A stretch of DNA of 64,000 nucleotides from Camelus dromedarius (taxonomy: Eukaryota): NCBI RefSeq assembly GCF_036321535.1, contig NC_087437.1:19842001-19906000 (forward strand), read 5' to 3'. The notes beneath the pieces were generated by a model. That model searched no databases. It was not told the DNA's origin and worked only from the letters and a program-made list of their open reading frames with translations. This document shows, one piece after another, positions 26,569 through 36,803 of the stretch (position 1 is its first letter; each line of letters opens with the position of its first letter). The position numbers were made by a program, and so were the translations under genes.

Positions 26569-27600
26569 TACCCACAGGACTTTTAAAGAGAGCACACCCT
26601 GGGTTCCCACCTGCTGTCTGACCAGCAGGGGCTGCTGGGGCAGTGATTCAGAATCTGTGTCACTGAGTGTGTGCCCCTCAAACCTCCTGGCCCTATTTGG
26701 AAATGTTTAGGCCTGAGATGTGATCTCGCTGTCTGATTCACTGAGGAATCTCCCCAGAACTGTCCCCTGGGAACATACTTTTGGACGAGCTGAGTAATCC
26801 TGCAGGAAGAAAGTGCACCTCAGTAAGAGGACGAGGATGACACTGATGCCCTGATTAGCTCCGGGTGCGCAGTAGCGAACAGTTCATGGCATGAAGCTGG
26901 CCTGCACTTAGCATGTGTTTGGTGTTTACAAATGCTATTTCTTTACTCCTGACAGGAGCCTTTGAGGGCAGTGTCATTATTTTTCTCACGGGGAATCAAG
27001 TTTTCAAGAGGCTGAGGATCTTGCCTGAGGTCTCCAAGCTGGGAGGCAGACTGGGTGTCCCACTGAGAATGTCTCATCCAGGGGGGTCTGTGCTCACAGG
27101 CACTGCAGTGCTCCCTGCTGGTAGGGTCAGGAGATGGAGATGAAGTCCCTTTGCAGAAAGCAGTGGGCTAGGGGTCAGATGACTGATGTCTGATTCCTGC
27201 TTCTGTGGCTTCAAAGGAGTTAATGACTATACGAGGGGGTTTTTCTCCCAGCAGAAGCTCTGCTGGCTGTGAGCTCACTCCGTGCTTACTGTCCTCAGGG
27301 ATACAGAGCTGGGTTGGAGCAAAGATAATCCCCAGAGAGCCTCCACCCACCCCCGCCCAACTCTGCTCCCCAGCGTGTCTCTGACCGCTTCAGAAGAGTG
27401 AGCTGGGTGCTCCCTGGCCGGTGGTGGGTGCTCCTCCTAGCAGGGGGTCCCCCTCCCTGAGCAAGCCAGCCCAGGGGCGAGGGGTGGATGGGTGTCGCTC
27501 TGCTCTCCTGGAAGCCACCAGGTCCATCTGCCCTTCCCCACCGTCTGGGATCCTAGGAATATTTAACCCAAGGTGTTCAGATGTGAGCTAAGAGCTGAAT

Positions 27601-27646
27601 AGAGAGAGAGAGAGAGAGGAAGATACAGACAGACAGACAGACAGAG
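27601..27646. repeat. (AG)n/(AGAC)n compound microsatellite
   Basis: Direct read. Confidence 0.9.
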
Positions 27647-28239
27647 AATGAATAAAGGTCCATTCTGCTCGCATACTCACTGAACCACATCGCAGCCAGA
27701 TTCTTCAGGTCAGGGGAGCAGGGGCATTGCCTCCTGTGGTTGCTCCCTGAATAGTTATTTCACAGATATTATTATTACTTAAGTCTAAGTAAAAGCCAAC
27801 GTCTACTTAAAGTCAGTGAGAGCTGGAGTCAGAATTAATGGCGCCAGACCATCCAGCCGGGAGGTGGCCCAACTCTACTTCACGCCCACCTGTGTCTGGA
27901 GGTGTCCTCTCTGCATTCCTGCTTCCCTCTTTTTATTCTCTTCTTTTAACCTCTCTCCCCCTGGCCCCTAATCGCCCTCCCTCCTTCTTCCCCCTCTCAT
28001 CCTTAAATAATGGAGTCCAGTGACGTTCCCTTCTACTCCTCTGGATGGTACGCATTTCATATACTCAGGTGAGAAGTTTCAGTGTCGCCCAAGGCCAGTG
28101 GCTGAGGGTTGGCGGAGCACAGGGTGAGCTCTGACTCAGCGTCCATAGGGGGCAGGGAGGGAGATGGCGTAGATCTGATCATTTGAAAGATGGAGTGGGG
28201 AGAAACCATGGTGATCTTCCACGCTCACTCTGCTCTCGA

Positions 28240-28535
28240 GAAGTATTTCCCAATGAGCAGTGTGCCAAAGAATTCTGAATGGCGAGGGTGAATGTGGCTG
28301 GTTTATAGGTCTGTATTTATTTCATTGGGTATTAAAATATATGCAATGAACATATCAAACCTATCATTTCTCAGGTAGAAGTAATAATGTCTTAAGACGA
28401 GGATAACTCAATAAAGTGAGTTTATTCAAAGTCAAGTAAATAATAAGAAGGAGTTAATAAAAGTACAAACAGTGTCCAGATAGGTCAGGACCCGAGCAGG
28501 GAATGTGGGGGTGGCTGAGATGTAGGAGACACTGC
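28240..28535. mobile_element. Old hAT-Charlie-like MITE
   Basis: Degenerate TIRs AAGTATTTCCCAA ... TAGGAGACACTG around an AT-rich body. Confidence 0.45.
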
Positions 28536-31500
28536 CCAGGGGATCCACAGTCAAGGACCTCACACCTAAGAGGGTCGAGTTCCTTCTGAAGCCAGCCCAC
28601 CTGCTGCATAGGAGAAATTCAAGTTCTTCCCATTAAAAGAACTTTGACTCCATTTTCCATCACTAGTATCCTCCTTGTTATAAGAGAGACACCAGCTCCC
28701 AATCCCCAACACCAAGGTAGACCAGAAGCACATGCTGCATGGACTTGACAGTCACACCTAAAACCTCTTCCTAATCCAGTGGGGTGGGCGCGGAGGACCT
28801 CGTCGAAGGTCATAGACTCAGGCTGAGGCACAGCCATGGGTCCAACTGGCGTCTGTCTAACTTCAGAGCCCCTGCTCTTTCTCTTACTTTCCTAGAGGAG
28901 CTGTAAAGTCTCTTCAAACTCCACGAAATCTATGACTTGAATTAAGGGTATTTTAATTTCTGTCCGTGCCCTTTGAAAAATAAAGTTGACCTTCTCTTTT
29001 CCTGGGGCTGGCTGTTTCCTTCAACTCTCACAGGCATTTTAATTAGCATCAATTCCATGTATTCAAGGAAATAAATTTTTATTTCAAATGGTGCAGGAGC
29101 CTCTGTAAGGAAGAAAGGAAAAACATATTAGCAGATGAAATGTTCGGCGCTCCAAACTCTTTCTAATTTAGAAAGGCAACATCATAAGTGCCCAAATTAA
29201 GCGGCTAGTGTGCTGTGCAATATTAATACTGTATCCTTCAGTCTGTAGCTGCAGTGGTAACAAACATTGGGAAAAAGCCAGAAAAGTCCCCTCCCCAACA
29301 ATGTCTGTGTCCCCAAGTTACACCGTCAAGAAGCTCCCTTTGAATATGGAAATTGGCCATGTTCTGAGGTTCCTGAATATACTGTCTTCATGTGGCCGAT
29401 TTCACATATACCAACTAACTTGGCATGAACAATGTTTTAATTCGTCAATGATTCTACTGCAGCGAGGACTTCAGAATCATTGCTGGGACCAGTGGGAATA
29501 TCGATGCCCTTTTGAGGTGTCTTGAAGTACCTTCAGTTAAGACCAAGACTAATTCCAGAACCTCAAGCAGATTTTGTTGACTGCATGATGCCCCCACATT
29601 ATGGGAGGCAGGTGATGTCCTCAATCCTAACAAGAGACTTTCACCAAGATTTTGTGAGCTACATTTCTCTATCCGTTTCTGATGAATTCTGTCCCCCTCC
29701 CAATACCACACCAGAGCCACTCACATATCAAGACTCTTTGGGGTTGTGAGCAATAATGGTGGAGTGAATATAAACGCACTGGTAGAATAAATGGACTTGC
29801 AACATTGCCTTTGGTCCTGAAGGTTCTCCATGAATTACCACCACGTAGGGAGGACGGGCTCTGAAACTGTCTTGTCACATGGCCCTGTCCCTTATTTTGG
29901 CATTCCAGGTTACTTGACCATGCTCCCTGATGCCCTCAAGCCAAACATCAAAAATGGAAAATTCCTTAGATGTTACATATCTCCTGCTAACAGGGACATT
30001 CTGTGTGGATGTGGAAGTCCAGTGCCACTGGGGAAATGGCAGACCCAGTGAGCTGTTTACAACCATTCCACTCCTGAAATGTCAGCTGATGGAGAATGGT
30101 GACATGCATTTTCTGACTTACACAGTAATTAGCATCAGGCTTTGGCATAATTATTAATAGCATTCCACTTCAGCTACAAACACCCCCACGTCTCCGAATG
30201 TGTTGAGAGACTTTGCCCGGTATCTTCATTATGAATATTGGTCACGCAATTGTCAAATTTCTTCAGGTTGGGAGAAGAAGGGTGAGTGGCTGAGAGAGAA
30301 CACCTTGGGGCTGGGGACCATGTCAGTGAGCAGAGACAAACATCTGTGACTCTTTAGTGCTGTGTTTTCCAAGGACAGTGACAGCCGCTCCAAACCCTGT
30401 AAATTAGCTTTAGGACTTGGAAGTAATTGAACGACAAGCTGGCACCCACGCTGTTGGTGAGTGGGTTGCTGTTTATTTGTCTGTGATGGGCTTGTTTCTA
30501 ATGCTTGTGCAGTTTTGTCAAGCTGCTCTCCTCGGAGAGAAAGCACAATGGGTAGACGAGGAAATTTAAGGACACCGGATGACAATTTAGTCAGTTTCTT
30601 GGAAAAACAAAAGTGCCTTTCTCAGAGAATAGATTCTAAGGGAAGGTAATTTGATTTTACCAAATGACTTCAACATCCAGCATCCGAGTTCTCAGACTGC
30701 ATCATATTTCCTCCTGCCTTCCTGCTCCTGAAATCTCATTTTCCCTCTGGTGTCCAGTGGTTTCCTGCTGTCCCCAGCTCCCTGAATAGCTGAGGACATA
30801 ACTAATTCTGCTTCTAACTTCTGCCCCTTTTCCTCTCAAGCCAGTGCTATCTAATGAAAATCATGTTTTACTCAGAAGTTTCCCAGCTTTCCCAGTGGAA
30901 GGTCTCTGATATTCCAGTTGATGTTAATGGCTTTTAGAACATGTCATCTCCCCAAAGCAGTTGCGACGTGCCAGAGGATGGCTGTCACAGCTGGAAGTGG
31001 TGAAGCCCTGACGGCAGACTGTGGCACTGCCGGTAGGGGCTGGGAGAGGTCTCGGGCAGGAATGCTCTCCTGGTATTCTGCTCTTTGGCTGAATGACTGG
31101 CCCCTATTCCTGTGGCTTCATCTTGCGATGACTGGCTGTGGGGATGTCTTCTAAGTCATGACCCAGGACCGTATCAGCTAGGGCCATGAGCTGGCGTGTG
31201 CTTCAGCGTGGCTGGAGAGCCATCAAAGCCTCCTTCGAAATTGCCCAGAGATGGATACGGCCCATGTTGCACACTGGGCAGGGGACCCAGGCTCTTGATT
31301 CAGAGTTGGTCTTGTTTCATTTCTCAAGGGACCTGTGGTCTCTTAGCTGGGACTGGTCTGCTGTGCTGTGGGGAAAACAAGAGAGGGGACAGTTCTAATC
31401 CTCTTGGACTTGGTGTTCTGTTTGAAGACGCATAAAATGAGAGGGGCAGTAGGCAGGGGGAAATAGAGCCAGCATCTGGGTGCAGGACACTGGGGTTCTA

Positions 31501-31895
31501 GCCTTTGCTCTGCCATTAGCCCTGAGTAGACTAGTTCCTGGTTAAACCTGAGTGGTCCAACTCCTTTCTCTGAGCCTTGCTTTCTTCATTTATAAGGTGG
31601 GAGTTTGGACTAGCTGAGCTCTCAGACTTCTTCCAGCTCCAATATTGGATATAATGTTATAAGTTTATCATTTTAAGTGAGTAGACTCTTTCTGAGTACT
31701 TATAATGTGCCAGGAACTCTACATATATTTGTCTAATATGATAACAACTACACTATTAAAATAGTATTAAATATATATTATTACATGTGTAATAATAATA
31801 ACTTTATTATTACCTTCGCTTTATACATGAAGATGCCAATAGATTAAAGTCTACGGATGGGATTCAGTGACTAATTTGTGTAGTTGTACATTTTC

Positions 31896-32194
31896 TACTT
31901 CTTTCTTCTTCTTTTTTTTTTTTTTTTTTTTGACTGAAGTATCATCCGTTACAATGCATCAGTTTCTGGTGTACAACAAAATGTCCCAGTCATGCATATA
32001 TATACTTATATTCCTTTTCATATTCTTTTCCATTAAAGGTTATTACAGGATATTGAATATAGTTCCCTGTGCTATACAGAAGAAATCTTTTTAAATCTAT
32101 TTTTATATATAGTAGTTAATATTTGGAAATCTCGAACTCCCAAATTTATTCCTTCCCACCCTCCTTCCCCCGGTAACCGTAAGATCGTTTACTG
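31896..32194 (-). mobile_element. Young 5'-truncated L1 3' UTR fragment
   Basis: (CTT)n/poly-T tail and GATATTGAATATAGTTCCCTGTGCTATACAG. Perfect 19 bp TSD TGTGTAGTTGTACATTTTC at 31877-31895 and 32195-32213. Confidence 0.95.
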
Positions 32195-33738
32195 TGTGTA
32201 GTTGTACATTTTCAGTGTCACAAGTTTTTTGGGTGACTTATCCAGGATTACAGAGTGGAAGTTCTGGGGCTGGGGCTTGGCTCTGCCTGTCTCCAAGTCC
32301 AGCAGTCCTTCCCTGTCTCCATTCTATCCTTAAACTGGAAAGATACAGATTTAGACTTTCTGAGTTTTGGCTTAGGGGCTTCTTTGCCTAACCTTACTTA
32401 GGGGCTACTATTACTCTTGGGATAACCAGCATCATAATAATAATCATAGCAACTAAAATTCTTCAGCATTTTCTATATGTCCTTGAATAGCTTACAGTCC
32501 AGTTGAGGAGTTAAGGCATGCTAATATGACCTACGCAGATAAAACCATACAGATTATTTGAAATGATACATAGTTACACACGTGCTTTCAAATTCTACGA
32601 AAGAAATATATGGAGTGGGCCAGAGAGTCCACACATATCTCCTCTTCCCAACTATCCTGAATTCTAGTGCATCTACAGGGCTGGAAGGTGCTGTTATTAA
32701 AGCCTATGGATGGGATTCATTGACTAATTTGTGTAGTTGTACATTTTCATTGTTTCAGGTGTTGGAGGTTTTCAAGAAGTGATTTAAGACCAGGAGATAA
32801 AGAATGTAATTATTTCCCCAAAATGCAAATGGGCGGCTTTGATTACATTGGACGTGAGTCCTCGTATTTTTGTTCTCCATCTAAAATACAATGAAACTTT
32901 ATTTCCTGCCATTCCTCTTAGAGAAATGAATTTTGTAAATGCTTAGTGCAGTGCAGTGATATAAGACATTGGGCAGAACATTTCTGAAAACAGCACTGGG
33001 AAGATAATATAAGCTGAATATATTTGCCTAATCAGCTTAATGGTGAGAGTGTAGAGCAAGGAAGCAATGGGAAACTTTATTCTGTGCAAGGGTGAGAGCC
33101 AGTCAGAGGTTTCAAGAACTTCACAGAACAAACCACAGTAAGGATTGCAGCTTGGTGGATACCTACTTCTGCAAACTCCTGTTGTTTTTACAGCCGTGCT
33201 CGGCCTTCCACAATCCAAGCTGATGTTTTCTGCCAACTTCCTCAAAGATGGTACAATTTGCAAAGTTAGAATAAGCCTTTTCCACACCATTAAATTTTAA
33301 CATTTCACTTTTCCAAGTATTTGGCTACTAACACAGCATTACTTTTAATGAGAAATCTCAAAGCTGATTTCTCGCCAGCTGTCACTGTTGAATTGCTTGA
33401 TGTTCAGTCCTTCAGCAAGACTGAAGGAGAGAGAGAAAGAGCTATAAAGTGACATTAATGACTTAATCAAAATATGTTTGTTTGGAAATGTATAGACATG
33501 CATATTTACAATTTTGAAGGCAGTAAAAAAAATTTTTTTTTTTTGGCTGGAGATTTTATTCATTCCCCTGGCTTTGGAAGCAATTACAAAACACTCAAAA
33601 ACATGTAATCGTCCTTGGATGCCGTTCATTGTTTTGTAGTAGACATGAAATCCCTTGTTCCTTCCTATCTGGCTTCCAAACAACTTTTTCCATGGTCCTA
33701 AATTACTGAGCTATAGACTCTGTGCTCCTAAAACTACT

Positions 33739-33754
33739 CTACTACTACTACTAC

Positions 33755-33828
<74 letters not shown>
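33739..33828. repeat. Compound trinucleotide microsatellite (CTA)6(TTA)24
   Basis: Direct read, uninterrupted. Produces the spurious poly-Leu and poly-Tyr ORFs. Confidence 0.98.
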
Positions 33829-33830
<2 letters not shown>

Positions 33831-34211
33831 TTATGCAAAGCATTAGGAATTTGAGTGCCCACTCAGAAGCAGGGGGGAGAGGTAAAATTCACTCACTGGA
33901 CTGCCATGCCCAAAAGAAAAGAGCCAACACTTTCCAGCCCAGGTCATAAATCTAGGACTAAACCACATGTTCAAACCATACTTAGAGTCAAAATCATTTG
34001 TGGACACTTAAGGCAATAAAAGTCACATGTAGGGACAATTAGCCAAAAGAAGGGTATGCTGGATGCCACAGCCCAGGGAAGGACACAAGAATCTGCTGGT
34101 CCGCATGCGGCCCAAACAATCTTATCCAAGAGCAACCTTCTCCCCTGGGGCGGATTAATGAACAAAAGGTTGAAAGAGTGACTGCAAGCTTTGAAGGAGT
34201 GATCCCGCAAG

Positions 34212-34642
34212 CCCCAGGCTGCTGTAACGAGTCATCCCGAGCTTGGCTCTACAGACATTTGTTCTCTTGCAGCCTAGAGGCTAGAAGTCTGAAATCAAGG
34301 TGTTTCTATCCCTCTAGCCTCTAAGGGACAATCAAGGCTCTAAGGGACAATCTTTTCTTGCCTCTTTCAGCTTCTGGTGGCTCCAGGCATTCCTTGGCTT
34401 GTGGCCACATCCCCCTGACTCCATCTTAATCTGGTCTTCTCTTCTCCGTGTGCCTCACCTTGGTGTCTCCTAATAAGGACACTTGTCATTAGATTAAGCC
34501 CCACTTGGATAATTCAGGATTGTCTCATGTCTAGATCCCTTAACTCAATTAAATCTGCAAAGATCCTTTTTCTAAATAAGGTCACATTCACAGGGTCCTA
34601 GATCTGGACATATCTTTTGGGGCCACTGTGCCACCCACTACA
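34212..34642 (-). mobile_element. MaLR solo LTR (MLT1A-C-like)
   Basis: GGCTGCTGTAAC, GAGGCTAGAAGTCTGAAATCAAGGTGT, CAGCTTCTGGTGGCTCCAGGCATTCCTTGGCTTGTGG, AAATAAGGTCACATTCACAG. Ends CCCACTACA. Confidence 0.88.
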
Positions 34643-36161
34643 CCTACCAGACGGTTGCTTCCATCTCATTGGCAAGAACTAGGTCCTCCGTCCAGATGTG
34701 CATTTTTAGCTGGATGCGTTTCTGCTGTGAAGTCCTGTCGGTGTGATGCCGCGGGTTCAGTTAGAGCTGGCAGAGTAGGTGAAATCTATTTGCCAGCCCT
34801 GGGGAAAATGGCCTTCTCAGGTTAAGGGGTAAGATGAACACAGGAACCAAACGTGGATCGATGAGCCTGGGGCAGTTTCCATTGGCCAGGCTCTGGGCCA
34901 CCTTGTGGGGAGACATTCTCAAGGCGGTAGAATGCTAGTCTTGCTCCTCATTTCTTTGACGATTGATAATCAGCTCTTGCAGAGACCTGTGTAAAGGCTA
35001 GCAGTGTTGGGCTTTGCTTCCTCCTGGGGGTTACACAAAGGTTTTCCCTCCTGTCTCCCATAGAAACATAGGTTTGCATACGCATGCAGAACAGCTCTTT
35101 CTAAAGTCTGCCATCACCTTCCTCTGTAAATTGCATTTCTTTCTTTTCTTTTCTTCCTTCCTTTCTTTCTTTTTTTTTTTTTTTTAACCATGCAAGTTTT
35201 CTGAACTCTTTGGAAAGCCCTAGCCCTCTTTATTTACCCTGATGACTCCTCTCATCCTTGGCTCTGAATTCATCTCCCTTCTTGACTTGACGTGGGGCGA
35301 TTTTCTGTTATTTCTCTCCTCCCCTCACGTGATGTGGAGGTGGCACCCCCCTCAAGGCCCTTGGCTGTTTGGGGACTGTACTGCAGTATTAAAATAACCA
35401 TCTGCCACCCTAAGGCAATGCACTTCATCCTCCAGCTACTAACCTCCAACAGTGATCAAGGTGGGCACCTTCTTCTTCAGCAAAAGAAAATGACTTAAAA
35501 TGGTGCTTTTAATAGTCACTTCTCAACTCTAAAGATAAAGGACTGGAAGCTATGAAATTCTCTTAAATTCTCTTTAAAACATGACATTGAGATAGGAAAA
35601 TATGAATCTGCAGTCATGGAAGGTTGTTTTTTTTTTTTTTTTCCTTTTCTTTCTTAAATGTCCTGATGACACAGCCTCCCACACAGCCCAGTATACCACC
35701 AAGGGTGCAGGCTGAGCATGGGGACGCGGACACAGACCTATCTGTGGGCCAGGGATGATTTCCTACACATGCGCAGTGGAGGTGGGCCCGGAGGCTTCCC
35801 CTCAGATAGGATGGGAGAGGCATCACTGGGCCACTGGGTTGCCATAGAGAGTTGTAAGAATACCATTAGCCCTGAAGTGATGCTTCCTGTTGGCCCCCTG
35901 CCCATGTGTGATTACAGTGAACCCTTCTTCTCTCATCTTGTGTCCCAGGCGCTCTTGGAGAGGATGCCAAGACAGTCTCCACTGTTACCTCTTATGATGC
36001 CCATTGTGGTCAAGATGTATCACTGCAGTTCCCTGTGCTGCAAGGGGAAAGGCAGTATTGTAGGGGTCATGTTAGGAAGACGGTAGCAGGTGCGCAGGAG
36101 TCAAACCTGATGTTGGACACTATTTAATTTGTAAAATGGGGTAGCTAATACCTACTTTATT

Positions 36162-36310
36162 TTTTAATGTTTTTCTAAATTTTGGGGGGAAGGTAATTAG
36201 GCTTATTTATTTATCTATTTTATTTATTTTTAATGGAGGGACTGGAGATTGAACCCGGGACTTTGTGCATGCTAAGCACACACTCTACCACTGAACTATT
36301 CTGTCCCCCC
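36162..36310 (-). mobile_element. tRNA-derived SINE, camelid Vic-1 type, inserted in a MIR
   Basis: GGGGGGAAGGTAATTAGG, (TTTA)n, GATTGAACCC (B box), GCATGCTAAGCAC, CTCTACCACTGAACTA. TSD TAATAYCTACTTTATT at 36146-36161 and 36314-36329. Confidence 0.92.
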
Positions 36311-36549
36311 GGTTAATATCTACTTTATTATTAGAATTTTAATAAGAATCAAATGAGACAATGTTGCTGATACACAGTAAGCCTTTACTTGGTAAGTGTG
36401 AGTTCCTGTTTTCTCCTTTCCCCCGTGGACTGCACTGCCTCAAGCTGGCTGCAGACTGACCTTGGTTGCCATGTTATCAGTCAGTCACCAAATAGTAGCA
36501 GTCGTGTTTGCTGAGCTATTCTGATGTGCCAGTGTCCATGCGCTTTCTC

Positions 36550-36803
36550 CTGGGGGATTGTCTAGGGATTCAGCCTAGCTCCATGTATAGCTGTGCCATC
36601 TGGGACATGTGGCCAAGGAAGGGGGCAGCATGATAGAAAAGGCACAACTGCTTTAACTGCTTTGGCCCAGAAGTGACACTGCTCGGTCCTGCTCAGAGTC
36701 CATTGGCCAGAGTGAGTTCACGCAGCAACAGCTACTCTGTGAAGGAGGCCGGGACAGGGAGGTGAGCACACGGGCAGCCGTGAACAGGAGCTGTCTCTGC
36801 CAT
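36550..36803 (-). mobile_element. Old MaLR LTR fragment (MLT1J/K/L-like)
   Basis: GGCCCAGAAGTGACAC...TCCATTGGCCAGAG...TCTCTGCCA motifs. Confidence 0.6.

Noticed and set aside
31843..32748. Thrice-repeated 19-mer with unique intervening DNA, superficially CRISPR-like
   Set aside because: Explained by an L1 TSD plus a local duplication; spacing is hundreds of bp and the context is eukaryotic.
33655..33949. Poly-Leu and poly-Tyr ORFs
   Set aside because: Translations of the (CTA)n(TTA)n microsatellite.
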